Below, piece by piece: positions 7,915 through 21,137 of a stretch of DNA of 64,000 nt. The translations under genes were made by a program, and so were the position numbers. The stretch is taken from contig JBASAM010000052.1 in the NCBI GenBank assembly GCA_049650605.1, forward strand, positions 188,916 to 252,915, read 5' to 3'. The DNA comes from Rhodococcus sp. (in: high G+C Gram-positive bacteria). GTDB lineage: Bacteria > Actinomycetota > Actinomycetes > Mycobacteriales > Mycobacteriaceae. The notes under the pieces are model-generated. The model ran no database searches. It was not told where the DNA came from and worked only from the letters and a program-made list of their open reading frames with translations. Positions within the stretch are counted from its first letter, which is position 1, and each line of letters opens with the position of its first letter.

Positions 7915-8496
7915 CTAGCGAGGGGTGGTCGCGGTGGACCACAGATCGCTGTACCACGGACCGGGTGGAGGTGGCGGGGGCTCGTTCTCGATGTCGGAAC
8001 GTGAACGCGCGCCGGGCAATTGAACTTGGTACGGGGTCTCGCCGGGCATCACGTAGCCCAGTCTTTCGCGGGCTTGGGCGGTGATGTAGGCGGGATCGTC
8101 GGTTTGATCCTTGCGAATCTGGAGCTCGCGCACCCGCTCCTCCAACACCACACGCTCTGCTGCAACCTCGGCTGCATCGGATCGCTGAGAGATGTACGTG
8201 CGCAGAGGAACTGCCAGTGTCAGCGCCAGCGCACAGACGACGACGGCGAGAACGACGGCCTTCCCGGTCGACAGCCCCAGAAAGGTTCGCTCTTTCTTCT
8301 CGCCCCGAGCCCGCCGACCCCGGCGACCCACCAGGGCGGCGCCTTCGGTCACGACGTCGTTGACGACGCCGGACACCGAGCGCGACGTCGACGTGGCCTT
8401 GCCTTCACGCCGAGCAGAGCGGCCGGGACGTGCGTCGGAACGCGGCGAGCGGCCACCTGGCCGCGCCGCGTTCCGATTCCTGTCCCGGTCGCTCAT
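7915..8496 (-). CDS. Septum formation initiator (FtsB/DivIC-like) protein with an Arg/Ser-rich N-terminal tail
   Basis: A TM segment (AVVLAVVVCALALTLAV) is followed by a coiled coil and DDPAYITAQARERLGYVMPGE. The start at the ATG at 8496 lies just downstream of the eno stop; the longer track ORF would overlap eno. Confidence 0.8.
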   Translation of the reverse strand: MSDRDRNRNAARPGGRSPRSDARPGRSARREGKATSTSRSVSGVVNDVVTEGAALVGRRGRRARGEKKERTFLGLSTGKAVVLAVVVCALALTLAVPLRTYISQRSDAAEVAAERVVLEERVRELQIRKDQTDDPAYITAQARERLGYVMPGETPYQVQLPGARSRSDIENEPPPPPPGPWYSDLWSTATTPR

Positions 8497-8503
8497 CGCT
8501 GGC

Positions 8504-10686
<2,183 letters not shown>

Positions 10687-10735
10687 GTGCCCATCATCCC
10701 GACGGAATGTAATAAATCACTGAAGAGGGCGTACC

Positions 10736-11767
10736 TCAGCCGTGAGGAGCGGACCCGTTCTCGCTCTGCGGCCGACGGTGCGAAACGGCGATGCGTTCTG
10801 CCGCCACCGCGTCCTCGCTGGATCCGTCGGCCAGTGGCCGACCGAACATGTCCGTGCCCGGCCAGTACTTCGACCACGCGCGGCCGTCCATTTCTGCCGA
10901 CCGGACACCGTCCATGGCCGCGCCACGTTCTGCGGCGCGCACGTCGGCGACGAACTCGTTCACCGTGCGGCGCAGTGCATCCTCCGCACTGTCCGAGCCG
11001 TGCCCACCGGACAGCTCGATGGTGACGGTCAGCATGCCGTCCGGTACCAATTCCTTGGGCAGACCTGCCTTGACCGCTCGCGTCGCGACCTGCTGCGCCA
11101 GCGCCAGGGACGGCTGCGCCATCGCGACACCGTCCAGGCACGACGCCCTTAGCTTCTCCGCAGCCTTGCGCTCTTCCCACGCCTTCTCCTGCGCAGCGAC
11201 ATCGACGGGCGAGCCGGACGTGTCGTTCAGATGCGGGCTGCGGTGGGTCAATTTGGCAACCAGCGTCGATGCGACATCCTCGATGTCGAAGGCATCGTCG
11301 ACGTTGTCGCGCGCGATGCGAGAGTGGAACAACACCTGCAGCAGCAGGTCCCCCAGCTCCTCACGGATCGACGCGGAGTCGCCGGACTCGATGGCGTCGA
11401 GAAGCTCGTACGTCTCCTCCAACAGATATGTGCGGAGCGTCTCGTGCGTCTGCTGTGCCTCCCACCCACCGAGCGAGCGCAGTTTGTCCATCACGAACAC
11501 GGCCTCGGTGAGGTGGCCACCCTTCGGCACGGGCACTTCGATGACGTCCTCACCGCGGCGAATTCGCTCCTGCACGTCGGGATTGTCACGACTGGTGCTG
11601 ATGAGAACTTCGGGTTGGTCCGCATCGTCGACCGCGGTGAACCCCGTGAGCCGCCACCGAATGGACACCGGAACCTCTTCGGTGAAACCCACGGGCTTGT
11701 CCAGCAGCGTCACTGCCTGCACCGGCACCATCGTCGGGCGCAGCGGATCGAGTAGTAGTACCGTCAC
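10736..11767 (-). CDS. mazG: Nucleoside triphosphate pyrophosphohydrolase MazG
   Basis: EETYELLDAIESGD...ELGDLLLQVLFHSRIA is present. The gene is adjacent to mfd. Confidence 0.9.
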   Translation of the reverse strand: MTVLLLDPLRPTMVPVQAVTLLDKPVGFTEEVPVSIRWRLTGFTAVDDADQPEVLISTSRDNPDVQERIRRGEDVIEVPVPKGGHLTEAVFVMDKLRSLGGWEAQQTHETLRTYLLEETYELLDAIESGDSASIREELGDLLLQVLFHSRIARDNVDDAFDIEDVASTLVAKLTHRSPHLNDTSGSPVDVAAQEKAWEERKAAEKLRASCLDGVAMAQPSLALAQQVATRAVKAGLPKELVPDGMLTVTIELSGGHGSDSAEDALRRTVNEFVADVRAAERGAAMDGVRSAEMDGRAWSKYWPGTDMFGRPLADGSSEDAVAAERIAVSHRRPQSENGSAPHG

Positions 11768-11773
11768 ACGCGC

Positions 11774-14700
11774 TCACACCCCAATCGGTTGCTCGACTCG
11801 CACGGAACCGGCCGGCTGCCCGTCGAGCGCGAGCAGCACGTCGGCGACGAACTGGAGCAGTTCCTCGTCGCGCACCCGGGCAGAACCGACTCCACCACCG
11901 GCAACGCGCGGAATGGGGATCTGCACCGAACCGGTGGTAGCCCGGAACGTTGCGCTGGGGTAGAGCCGCTTCAACCGTATCTGCTTGGAGTCCGGCAGGT
12001 CCATCGGCGCCAGCTTCACCATGGTGCCGGCGATCTGTACGTCGACCACCCCGTAGGACCGACACAGAATCCTCAGCACGGCCACCGACACCAGTCTGGA
12101 GACCTCTGCCGGCACCGGGCCGTACCGGTCGACGAGCTCGGCGATGACGGCGCCGATCTCTGCGTCGTTCTGTGCCGCGGCCAACTTGCGGTAGGCCTCG
12201 AGACGCAGACGATCGCTGGTGACGTAGTCGGGCGGGATGTGCGCGTCGACAGGGAGGTCGATGCGCACCTCCTTCGGCGCCTCGTCGGTGGTCACCGGTC
12301 GGCCGTCCGCGACCGCCCGGTACGCCTCGACGGCTTCGCCGACCAGTCGCACGTAGAGGTCGAATCCGACACCCGCGACGTGTCCGGACTGCTCGGCGCC
12401 CAGCACGTTGCCGGCCCCGCGGATCTCGAGGTCCTTCATGGCCACTGCCATGCCGGCGCCCAGGTCGGAGTTCTGCGAGATGGTGGCCAGACGGTCGTAC
12501 GCCGTCTCGGTGAGCGGCTTCTCCGGGGGGTAGAGGAAGTACGCGTATCCGCGGTCTCGGCTGCGTCCGACGCGGCCACGCAGCTGGTGCAGCTGCGACA
12601 GGCCCAACGAATCTGCCCGCTCGACGATCAGCGTGTTGGCGTTGGAGATGTCGAGCCCGGTCTCGATGATGGTGGTGCAGACCAGGATGTCGAACTCGCG
12701 CTCCCAGAATCCCTGGACCGTCTTCTCCAGCGCGTCCTCGTTCATCTGACCGTGTGCGACGACGACGCGTGCCTCGGGCACCAGACGACGGATGTTGGCG
12801 GCCGCCTTGTCGATACTGCTGACCCGGTTGTGCACGTAGAACACCTGGCCGTCGCGCAGCAGTTCGCGCCGGATCGCGGCCGCGACCTGCTTCTCCTGGT
12901 ACCCGCCGACGTAGGTGAGCACCGGGTGCCGCTCCTCGGGTGGGGTGAGAATGGTCGACATCTCTCGAATGCCCGCCATGCTCATCTCGAGTGTGCGCGG
13001 AATGGGCGTCGCCGACATGGTCAGCACGTCGACGTGGGTGCGCAGAGCCTTGATGTGCTCCTTGTGCTCGACGCCGAAGCGCTGCTCCTCGTCGACGATC
13101 ACCAACCCGAGGTCTTTCCATTGCACACCGGTCTGCAACAGGCGGTGCGTACCGACAACGATGTCCACGGTGCCGTCGGCGAGGCCGGCCATGGTCTCTT
13201 TGGAGTGCGAGGCATCGGTGAACCGCGACAATCCCCGAACGGTGACCGGGAAGCTGGCCATCCGCTCGATGAACGTCTGCAGGTGTTGCTGGGCCAGCAA
13301 CGTGGTGGGCACCAGAACGGCCACCTGTTTGCCGTCCTGCACGGCCTTGAAGGCGGCCCGCACCCCGATCTCGGTCTTGCCGTACCCCACGTCGCCGATG
13401 ATCACGCGGTCCATCGGAACTGCTCGTTCCATGTCGGACTTGACCTCTCCGATGACGGTCATCTGATCGACGGTCTCGGTGAAGGCGAAGGCGTCCTCCA
13501 TCTCCTTCTGCCACGGTGTATCGGGGCCGTAAGCATGCCCGGGCGCCGCTTGACGCGCCGCGTAGAGCTGCACCAGTTCGCCCGCAATTTCCCGGACGGC
13601 CTTGCGCGCCTTGCGTTTGGTGTTGGTCCAGTCCGAGCCGCCGAGCTTGCTCAGGCTCGGCATCTCCCCGCCGACGTACCGCGAGAGCTGATCGAGCGAC
13701 TCCATCGGCACGAAGAGCCGGTCCCCCGGATGACCGCGCTTGCTGGGTGCGTACTCCACCACGAGGTACTCCCGGCGCGCGCCGCCGACGGTGCGCTCGA
13801 CCATCTCGACGAACCGACCGATGCCGTGCTGATCGTGCACCACCATGTCGCCCGCGGTGAGCGCCAGCGGATCGACCTGGTTACGACGCTTGGCCGGCAG
13901 CCGCTTGCCGTCGCCCGCCGCCGCAACGCGGTTGCCGGTGAGATCCGACTCGGTGACCACCACCAGACCCGCGTCGCGCAGCACCAGGCCCGAACCGAGC
14001 GAACCGCACATCACACCCACGACGTCGGGGCCGGGCTCGGTTCCCGCCTCGAGATGAACGGCGGGCACATCGGCGGCCCGCAGGCGCTCGACCGTGCGCT
14101 GCGCCGTTCCGGCCCCGGCGACCACGACGGCCGCCCGTCCACCGGACGCGAGGTGGGCGGTGAACATCTGGAACAGAGTGGCCAGAGCTTCCTCGGACCC
14201 TCGCACGTCGGGTGCGGCCGCGATGTCCAACACCACTTCCTCGTCGCTGCCCGACGCCAGCGGGCCCACCGTCCACCACGCACGGCCGGCGTCGTCGCAG
14301 GTCGCGCGGACTTGACTCAGCGACCGGTACGCCGATGCACTCAGGTCCAGAATGGTGCTCTCGTCGGCGACGCTGCTGGTGTCCAGGGCACTGGTGTCCA
14401 GCGGCGCAGCGGCACCGATGCTTGCCGCCGTCCACGACGCTTCCAGGAACTCCTTGCCGGTGCGCACCAGATCGGTGGCACGGGTGCGCACCTTCTCCGG
14501 ATCGCACACCAACACGTGCGCGTCCGCCGGCAGCGCATCGGTGAGCAGCTCGAGACCACCCGCCTTCAGCACCGGCAACAGTGCCTCCATGCCTTCCACC
14601 GGGATGCCCGCGGAGATCTTCTCCAGCATCTCCACCAGTGCGGCGTCGCCGGTGTTGTCGGCGGCGATCCGCGCGGCGCGTTCACGCACGGCCTCGTCGA

Positions 14701-15475
14701 GGATCATCTCGCGGCAGGGCGGTGCGATGACCGTCTCCACCTCGATCTCGGGAAGCGATCGCTGGTCGGCGACGGCGAAAGCGCGCAGATCGGTGACCTC
14801 GTCCCCCCAGAACTCGACTCGCACCGGGTGATCGGCCGTCGGCGAGAACAGATCGAGAATGCCGCCGCGTACCGCGAACTCGCCGCGCTTACCCACCATG
14901 TCGACGCGCGTGTAGGCCAGCTCGACGAGCCGCTTCTGCAGATCTTCGAAATCGAACTCCGACCCCACTCGCAGGCCGATGGGTTCGATCTCACCCAGGC
15001 CGCGGGCCATCGGCTGCAACACCGAACGCACCGTGGTGACGATGATCTTCAGCGGTACGCCGTAGTCGGCGTCGTCGGGCCGGGCCAGCCGACGCAGCAC
15101 CTCGATGCGGCGCCCCACCGTGTCCGCACCCGGCGACAGCCGCTCGTGCGGAAGCGTTTCCCACGACGGGAACTGTGCGACTGCGCCGCCGACCATGTCG
15201 GTGAGCTCCGCCGTCAGGTCGTCCGCCTCGCGCCCGGTGGCGGTGACCAACAGGACCGGCGAAGTTTGCGCCATGGCAGCAGCAATGAACGCGCGCGCCG
15301 ACGTGGGCGCCACCATGGTGACCGATGTCGTGCCCGCCATCTGCACGACACCGGCGAACGAGGTGTCACTCAGCGCGATGCGCAGGAGCCCCGACATCCT
15401 GCCGTCGGCATCCGGTACCGCTGGACTGAACAAGGACGGTGAGGACACCAACAGCTCCTGACGACAAGACGACAT
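11774..15475 (-). CDS. mfd: Transcription-repair coupling factor
   Basis: 1233 aa with GDVGYGKTE (Walker A), [11 protein letters not shown], a CarD-like segment and a C-terminal TRCF domain. The start is uncertain; an internal start around [11 protein letters not shown] is possible. Confidence 0.95.
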   Translation of the reverse strand: MSSCRQELLVSSPSLFSPAVPDADGRMSGLLRIALSDTSFAGVVQMAGTTSVTMVAPTSARAFIAAAMAQTSPVLLVTATGREADDLTAELTDMVGGAVAQFPSWETLPHERLSPGADTVGRRIEVLRRLARPDDADYGVPLKIIVTTVRSVLQPMARGLGEIEPIGLRVGSEFDFEDLQKRLVELAYTRVDMVGKRGEFAVRGGILDLFSPTADHPVRVEFWGDEVTDLRAFAVADQRSLPEIEVETVIAPPCREMILDEAVRERAARIAADNTGDAALVEMLEKISAGIPVEGMEALLPVLKAGGLELLTDALPADAHVLVCDPEKVRTRATDLVRTGKEFLEASWTAASIGAAAPLDTSALDTSSVADESTILDLSASAYRSLSQVRATCDDAGRAWWTVGPLASGSDEEVVLDIAAAPDVRGSEEALATLFQMFTAHLASGGRAAVVVAGAGTAQRTVERLRAADVPAVHLEAGTEPGPDVVGVMCGSLGSGLVLRDAGLVVVTESDLTGNRVAAAGDGKRLPAKRRNQVDPLALTAGDMVVHDQHGIGRFVEMVERTVGGARREYLVVEYAPSKRGHPGDRLFVPMESLDQLSRYVGGEMPSLSKLGGSDWTNTKRKARKAVREIAGELVQLYAARQAAPGHAYGPDTPWQKEMEDAFAFTETVDQMTVIGEVKSDMERAVPMDRVIIGDVGYGKTEIGVRAAFKAVQDGKQVAVLVPTTLLAQQHLQTFIERMASFPVTVRGLSRFTDASHSKETMAGLADGTVDIVVGTHRLLQTGVQWKDLGLVIVDEEQRFGVEHKEHIKALRTHVDVLTMSATPIPRTLEMSMAGIREMSTILTPPEERHPVLTYVGGYQEKQVAAAIRRELLRDGQVFYVHNRVSSIDKAAANIRRLVPEARVVVAHGQMNEDALEKTVQGFWEREFDILVCTTIIETGLDISNANTLIVERADSLGLSQLHQLRGRVGRSRDRGYAYFLYPPEKPLTETAYDRLATISQNSDLGAGMAVAMKDLEIRGAGNVLGAEQSGHVAGVGFDLYVRLVGEAVEAYRAVADGRPVTTDEAPKEVRIDLPVDAHIPPDYVTSDRLRLEAYRKLAAAQNDAEIGAVIAELVDRYGPVPAEVSRLVSVAVLRILCRSYGVVDVQIAGTMVKLAPMDLPDSKQIRLKRLYPSATFRATTGSVQIPIPRVAGGGVGSARVRDEELLQFVADVLLALDGQPAGSVRVEQPIGV

Positions 15476-15608
15476 GATCCTGCCGCGACATCGGACTCAC
15501 CAGGAGATCCGACGCTGCCGCTAGGACTCGTTGTCGATTCTAGGAGGTGGCGCCGACATCTCGAGCACTGCTACACCCGAGGACCGGCACGGCTACCTCA
15601 GGACTCGG

Positions 15609-16253
15609 TCAGGCGCCGTAGCGAAGCACGCGGCGAGCAGCGAACTCCCGGAAGTAGTCCAGCTTGCGCTCCGGTACCAGCGACGGCAGCAGGTAGTGCC
15701 ACAACCGCTCCATGCGGCCCGACAGTTCTTTCGTACCGTCGGTAGCGACAGCGACCATGTGCGCACCGACGATGACCTCCAGGAACAGCATCCCGACGGT
15801 CACCGGATCGAGGTCGTCGTTGAGGTCGCCCTCGTCGATAGCGCGACGAGCGAGGCCGGTGTGGTACTGCGTCCACCCCTCCATGACGTTCTCGCCAGTG
15901 CCGCGGTAATCCCCGATCTGATGATTGAGCCGGAACATCGCGGCAACCATGGGGTCGGTGATCGCGAGATCGACGGTGATGTAGGACACGCCGATTTCCG
16001 CCTCGAGGGCAGGAATTCTGCCATCGTCGAGGGCACGGCATGCAGCCGTGAGTCTCCGGACACCCTCGTCTATCACTGCCCGAGCCAATTCTTCCTTGGA
16101 CCCGAAGTGGAAATAGAGAGCGCCCTTGGTTACCTGCGACTGCGAGATGATCTCGCTGAGGCTGGCATTGGCGTAACCCAAACGAAGAAAGACATGAGCG
16201 GCCCCCGCCAGCACTGTGTCTCTGGTGATCTCGGCGCGTGCCTGTCTGACCAT
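15609..16253 (-). CDS. TetR-family regulator of the ScbR/ArpA (gamma-butyrolactone receptor-like) type
   Basis: The N-terminus is MVRQARAEITRDTVLAGAAHVFLRLGYANASLSEIISQSQVTKGALYFHFGSKEELARAVIDEG. It is a paralog of the CDS at 55738-56451. Confidence 0.8.
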   Translation of the reverse strand: MVRQARAEITRDTVLAGAAHVFLRLGYANASLSEIISQSQVTKGALYFHFGSKEELARAVIDEGVRRLTAACRALDDGRIPALEAEIGVSYITVDLAITDPMVAAMFRLNHQIGDYRGTGENVMEGWTQYHTGLARRAIDEGDLNDDLDPVTVGMLFLEVIVGAHMVAVATDGTKELSGRMERLWHYLLPSLVPERKLDYFREFAARRVLRYGA

Positions 16254-16413
16254 GCGATCCGCCTAGAAGTGTGGGGCAATCAATACGTTAACGACCTGGG
16301 AACGGTACCACTCGACCGGAGATCGACACGTGCACTCGTCCAACAGTCCGAGTGTTGTGTCCGCGCGACCGACGCGGTTCCGCGGCGTCACACACCCTGG
16401 CTACGCCGCGCTT

Positions 16414-17049
16414 TCAGCTGCCCAATCGGGGATCGGACTCCAAATTCGTCAGTCCGTTCCAACAGAGGTTCACGATATGGGCGGCCACGACTTCCTTGGA
16501 CGGTGACCTTTCGTCGAGCCACCAAAGTGCAGTCATCGACACCATTCCGACCAATGCCTGCGCATACAGCTGAGCATTGGCTGGATCGATGTCTCGACGC
16601 CGAAAATCACCGGCCAAGATATGGCCCACCTGGCCGACAGCGTCGTTCAGCAGGCTCGAGTACGTGCCCTCGGCGGCGGCGAGTGGGGAATCGCGCACCA
16701 GGATCCGGAACCCGTCGCTGCGTTCCTCGACGTACGTCAGCAGCGCGAGAGCCACACGTTCGACCCGCACGCGCGACCGGTTCTCGGTCAGCGACGACGT
16801 GATCATCGACAGCAGGGTGGACATCTCGCGATCGACGACCACCGCGTAGAGCCCTTCCTTCCCGCCGAAGTGTTCGTAGACGACGGGCTTGCTCACCTGC
16901 GCACGCTGCGCGACCTCCTCGATGGAGGTTGCCTCGTACCCGCGCTCGGCGAACAGGCTGCGTCCGATTTCGATCAGCTGGGCGCGTCGTTGGGTACCGG
17001 TCATGCGCACGCGTTTGTCGCGCTCGGGCGGAAGGATCTCGTCGGTCAT
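16414..17049 (-). CDS. TetR-family transcriptional regulator (Rv1019-like position)
   Basis: [48 protein letters not shown] is present. Confidence 0.85.
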   Translation of the reverse strand: MTDEILPPERDKRVRMTGTQRRAQLIEIGRSLFAERGYEATSIEEVAQRAQVSKPVVYEHFGGKEGLYAVVVDREMSTLLSMITSSLTENRSRVRVERVALALLTYVEERSDGFRILVRDSPLAAAEGTYSSLLNDAVGQVGHILAGDFRRRDIDPANAQLYAQALVGMVSMTALWWLDERSPSKEVVAAHIVNLCWNGLTNLESDPRLGS

Positions 17050-17275
17050 GTCGTCTCCTGCGTCCAGGTCATGCGACTGTCCACGTCATACGACAACTCT
17101 GACACGAGCGGGCGGTTCGATTCGCCACCGGTCGAGGAGATCAGAACCGACCGGTATGCACGCCGACCCGCACTGCTGCATCGTTTTACGCAGCGGGGGC
17201 CTTCGTGCAAGGATCTATCCGCTCGACGCACGTGCGAGAATTCGTCTGCTCGGTGCGTGTCGGCCGAGGCTGTGA

Positions 17276-17346
17276 TCCGCCGTGGTGTAATGGCAGCACC
17301 TCTGATTTTGGTTCAGATAGTTCAGGTTCGAGTCCTGGCGGCGGAG
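17276..17346 (+). tRNA. tRNA-Gln (anticodon UUG)
   Basis: Hand fold: acceptor TCCGCCG/CGGCGGA, anticodon arm TCTGA-TTTTGGT-TCAGA, T arm TCAGG-TTCGAGT-CCTGG. It lies between tetR and glmU, as glnU does in M. tuberculosis. Confidence 0.85.
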
Positions 17347-17409
17347 CCGTGGTTGTCCCGCGGCGGAGCTGTTCTGTGGCGCCGTAGACCAAATCGATCG
17401 AGGAGATTC

Positions 17410-18903
17410 ATGACGTCGAAGGTCGCTGTGGTCGTGCTGGCCGCTGGGGCGGGCAGCCGAATGCGATCGAAGACGCCCAAGGTTCTGCACGAGCTCGGCG
17501 GCCGGTCCATGCTCGCCCACGCTCTGCATGCTGCCCACGGCGTGGACCCGGATCATCTGGTGACCGTGGTGGGTCACGACCGCGAGAAAGTCACCGCAGC
17601 GGTCGGCGAACTCGCCGAGACCCTCGACCGGAGCATCGACATTGCCGTCCAAGAAGAGCAGAACGGCACCGGCCACGCGGTGCGGTGTGGTCTGCAGTCG
17701 CTTCCGCCCGATTTCGACGGCACCGTCGTCGTCACGGCCGGCGACGTCCCGCTACTCGACGCACACACCTTGCAGGCCCTGCTGGACGACCATCTGTCGT
17801 CCGCCACCACCGTCGCTGTCACCGTGCTCACATCCGTCCCGGACGACTCGTTCGGGTACGGCCGTATCGTTCGCGACGAGGACGGGCGGGTGCAGGAGAT
17901 CGTCGAGCACGCCGACGCCACTCCGGAACAACTCGCCATCACCGAGGTCAACTCGGGTGTGTACGCGTTCGACGCCGCTGCGCTGCGCGTCGCATTGAAC
18001 TCGCTGGGGACGGACAACGCCCAGCAGGAGCTCTACCTGACCGACGTGCTGAAGATCTCGCGCAACCGGGGGTTGCCGGTCTTCAGCACTCAGCTGACCG
18101 ACGCCGCACTCGTCCGGGGCGTCAACGACCGTGTGCAGCTCGCGGACGTCACGCGCATCCTCAACGAGCACGTGCTCGCGCGGCACATGCGCGCCGGTGT
18201 CACCGTCGTGGACCCGGCATCGACGTGGGTGGACATCGAGGTCACCATCGGACGGGACGCCGTGCTGAAGCCGGGCACTCACCTACACGGGCGGACGTCC
18301 GTCGGTGAGGATGCCGTGATCGGACCGGACACGACGCTCACCGACGTGGCGGTGGGCGCGGGCGCATCGGTGGTGCGCACCCACGGGTCGGAGTCGACCA
18401 TCGGCGCCGGCGCTGTGGTCGGCCCGTTCACCTATCTCCGGCCCGGCACCTCCCTGGGCGAGGCGGGCAAGCTCGGCGCATTCGTGGAGACCAAGAACGC
18501 CGCCATCGGCGCGCACTCGAAGGTGCCGCATCTGACCTACGTCGGCGATGCGTCGATCGGCGAGCACTCCAACATCGGGGCGTCGAGCGTCTTCGTCAAC
18601 TACGACGGCGTCGGTAAGGCCCGCACCGAGATCGGTTCCCACGTCCGCACCGGGTCGGACACCATGTTCATCGCACCGGTGCGGGTGGGCGACGGGGCCT
18701 ACACCGGAGCCGGAACGGTGTTGCGACATGATGTACCCGCGGGTGCGCTGGCAGTGTCCGGTGGTCCCCAACGGATCATCGAGGGCTGGGTGCAGAAAAA
18801 GCGGCCAGGGACGCCGGCAGCCGACGCTGCGGAGCGTGCCACGCGAACAGTCGACAGATCTCCACAGGACGACACGAGCACCAACATTGAGGACGGCGAG
18901 TAG
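17410..18903 (+). CDS. glmU: Bifunctional UDP-N-acetylglucosamine pyrophosphorylase / glucosamine-1-phosphate N-acetyltransferase
   Basis: [20 protein letters not shown] plus C-terminal hexapeptide repeats. A GAGGAG Shine-Dalgarno precedes the ATG at 17410. Confidence 0.95.
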   Translation: MTSKVAVVVLAAGAGSRMRSKTPKVLHELGGRSMLAHALHAAHGVDPDHLVTVVGHDREKVTAAVGELAETLDRSIDIAVQEEQNGTGHAVRCGLQSLPPDFDGTVVVTAGDVPLLDAHTLQALLDDHLSSATTVAVTVLTSVPDDSFGYGRIVRDEDGRVQEIVEHADATPEQLAITEVNSGVYAFDAAALRVALNSLGTDNAQQELYLTDVLKISRNRGLPVFSTQLTDAALVRGVNDRVQLADVTRILNEHVLARHMRAGVTVVDPASTWVDIEVTIGRDAVLKPGTHLHGRTSVGEDAVIGPDTTLTDVAVGAGASVVRTHGSESTIGAGAVVGPFTYLRPGTSLGEAGKLGAFVETKNAAIGAHSKVPHLTYVGDASIGEHSNIGASSVFVNYDGVGKARTEIGSHVRTGSDTMFIAPVRVGDGAYTGAGTVLRHDVPAGALAVSGGPQRIIEGWVQKKRPGTPAADAAERATRTVDRSPQDDTSTNIEDGE

Positions 18904-18907
18904 AGCA

Positions 18908-19891
18908 GTGACCACAGCCAATTGGATCGACAACCAGAAGAACTTGATGCTCTTCTCCGGTCGCGCTCACCCCGAGCTGGCGGAGCAGGTAGCCAAGGAA
19001 CTGGGTATCGAGGTCACCCCTCAGACGGCCCGCGACTTCGCCAACGGCGAGATCTTCGTGCGCTTCGAGGAATCGGTGCGCGGCTCCGACGCCTTCGTCC
19101 TCCAGAGCCACCCGTACCCGCTGAACACGTGGCTGATGGAACAGCTGATCATGATCGACGCGCTCAAGCGCGGGTCGGCCAAGCGCATCACCGCGATTCT
19201 GCCGTTCTACCCGTACGCGCGTCAGGACAAGAAGCACCGCGGCCGTGAGCCCATCTCGGCGCGCCTGGTGGCCGACCTGCTCAAGACCGCAGGCGCCGAC
19301 CGCATCATCACCGTCGACCTCCACACCGACCAGATCCAGGGCTTCTTCGACGGCCCCGTCGATCACATGCACGCGCACAGCCAGCTCGCCGAGCACATCC
19401 GCGGCAGCTACAACCTCGAGCACATCACCGTCGTCTCCCCCGACTCCGGACGCGTGCGCGTCGCCGAGAAGTGGGCCGACTCCTTCGGTGGCGCACCGTT
19501 GGCATTCATTCACAAGACGCGTGATCCGTTGGTGCCCAACCAGGTCAAATCGAACCGCGTGGTCGGCGAGGTCGAGGGCCGTACCTGCATCCTCATCGAC
19601 GACATGATCGACACCGGCGGCACCATCGCCGGGGCGGTCAAGGTTCTCAAGGAAGCCGGGGCCGGGGACGTCGTCATCGCCGCGACGCACGGTGTGCTCA
19701 GCCACCCCGCAGCCGAGCGTCTGGCCTCGTGCGGCGCCAAGGAGGTAGTGGTGACCAACACGCTGCCCATCAGCGAGGACAAGCTGTTCCCGTCCTTGAC
19801 CGTGCTCTCGATCGCTCCCCTTCTGGGCAAGACCATTCGTGAGGTCTTCGAGAACGGTTCCGTGACCAGCCTGTTCAACGGAAACGCGTAA
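18908..19891 (+). CDS. prs: Ribose-phosphate diphosphokinase
   Basis: NLMLFSGRAHPELAEQVAKELG, DLHTDQIQGFF and ILIDDMIDTGGT are present. The GTG start was chosen by alignment to my recollection of mycobacterial PrsA. Confidence 0.93.
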   Translation: MTTANWIDNQKNLMLFSGRAHPELAEQVAKELGIEVTPQTARDFANGEIFVRFEESVRGSDAFVLQSHPYPLNTWLMEQLIMIDALKRGSAKRITAILPFYPYARQDKKHRGREPISARLVADLLKTAGADRIITVDLHTDQIQGFFDGPVDHMHAHSQLAEHIRGSYNLEHITVVSPDSGRVRVAEKWADSFGGAPLAFIHKTRDPLVPNQVKSNRVVGEVEGRTCILIDDMIDTGGTIAGAVKVLKEAGAGDVVIAATHGVLSHPAAERLASCGAKEVVVTNTLPISEDKLFPSLTVLSIAPLLGKTIREVFENGSVTSLFNGNA

Positions 19892-19935
19892 TACCGCGCA
19901 CAGAGGGACCGTCTCGTCCGAAGCTCACAGCCACC

Positions 19936-21096
19936 GTGCTGGGAGTGTCCGCGGCTGCAGCACTGGTGGTTGCACTGTCTGCCTTCGGCGCGCTGGTACC
20001 GAACACAGGCCTGCTCGGTGCCGCGTCGACGGTCGCGTCGACCACCGTCTCCCCGCACCTCGTTCTGCTGGGCGTCGTCGTCGTAGCGGCCGCGTCGTGG
20101 ACCTTCCTCCGCGGTAGGCCGCGAGTATCGGCCACCGTCCTGGCGGTGGCTTTGGCCGGGACGGTCGGGTGGGTGTACGTCGTGGCGACGTTCTCCGCCG
20201 CGGTGTCCGCGGCAGGCGGGTCGACGGATCCGATTGCTGCCCTCGCAATCTCGCGGATGAACGGCGACCGCGCCGACGCCCACATCGAGTACGAGGACGG
20301 ACTGGGCGCGGCGGTGTACCTACCGCGCGAGCAGGACCGTCCGGGACAACCGGGCGCTCCGGTGATGCTCTACGTGCACGGCGGTGGATGGATCTCCGGC
20401 AACGAGAACGACGAGTCCGCCACCATGGAAGAATTCGCCGACCGCGGATGGTTGGTGGTGAGCATCGAGTACTCGCTGGCGACTGCGGGATTCGCGACGT
20501 GGGACGTCGCGGGGCCGCAGGTGGGGTGCGCCCTGGCCCGAATCGGCGGCATCGCCGCGCGGTACGGCGGCGATGCGTCTCGGCTGGTCCTGGCAGGGGA
20601 CTCGGCCGGCGGCCAGCTGGCGGTGACGGCCGGGTGGGGTGCCGCAAAGGGGACCGCCACGTCGTCGTGCCGCGGAACCATCGCGGTGCCGTCGGCCGTC
20701 GTCACGCAGTATCCCGCACTCGATCCAGCGGGCGCGTGGCTCAACGGATTCAGCGGTGGCGCGGCTACCAACAACGTCCGACAGATCGGCGAGCTCTACA
20801 CCGGAGGCACTCCCGGCGAGGTGCCCGAGCGGTATCGAGCACTCTCGTCGGACGCGGTCGTCACCCCCGACGCACCACCGACTCTGGTGATCTCACCGGA
20901 CGACGACAGCCTGATCCCGGCCGGCACCACACGCAATGCCGTGCGCCGCGCCCGCGACGGCGGTGTCGACATCACGATGTTCACGCTGCCCTACGCCAAT
21001 CACGCCTACGACGCGCTCCTCGCCGGATCGCTGGGCGACCAGGCGAGGATCAGCATCATCTCGAACTGGTTGACTCAGCGCGGACTTGCTCCCTGA
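19936..21096 (+). CDS. Membrane-anchored alpha/beta hydrolase (HSL / fold-3 esterase type)
   Basis: N-terminal hydrophobic segments are followed by HGGGW and GDSAGG motifs. Confidence 0.8.
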   Translation: MLGVSAAAALVVALSAFGALVPNTGLLGAASTVASTTVSPHLVLLGVVVVAAASWTFLRGRPRVSATVLAVALAGTVGWVYVVATFSAAVSAAGGSTDPIAALAISRMNGDRADAHIEYEDGLGAAVYLPREQDRPGQPGAPVMLYVHGGGWISGNENDESATMEEFADRGWLVVSIEYSLATAGFATWDVAGPQVGCALARIGGIAARYGGDASRLVLAGDSAGGQLAVTAGWGAAKGTATSSCRGTIAVPSAVVTQYPALDPAGAWLNGFSGGAATNNVRQIGELYTGGTPGEVPERYRALSSDAVVTPDAPPTLVISPDDDSLIPAGTTRNAVRRARDGGVDITMFTLPYANHAYDALLAGSLGDQARISIISNWLTQRGLAP

Positions 21097-21100
21097 CCAA

Positions 21101-21129
21101 CCTCACGCCCTGACCCACCCTGCGTGAGG
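21101..21129. terminator. Candidate bidirectional hairpin between convergent genes
   Basis: CCTCACGC pairs with GCGTGAGG across a 13-nt loop. It lies between the hydrolase stop and the egtD stop. Confidence 0.35.
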
Positions 21130-21137
21130 CGCGAGAG

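Noticed and set aside
11789-15442. 1217-aa ORF on the plus strand, opposite mfd
   Set aside because: It is fully antisense to a gene with unmistakable Mfd motifs. Its translation is Arg/Gly/His-rich low complexity, which is typical of shadow ORFs in GC-rich DNA.
16254-16413. Search for an autoregulatory-element (ARE)-type operator upstream of the ScbR-like TetR; for example the palindrome CGTTAACG at 16286-16293 and a CGGTAC core nearby
   Set aside because: Only an 8-bp palindrome and half-site-like fragments are present, with no convincing 20-26 bp dyad. The same holds for 56452-56712, where TTACCGAG and AGTCGGTAA are about 28 nt apart. I am not reporting these as sites.
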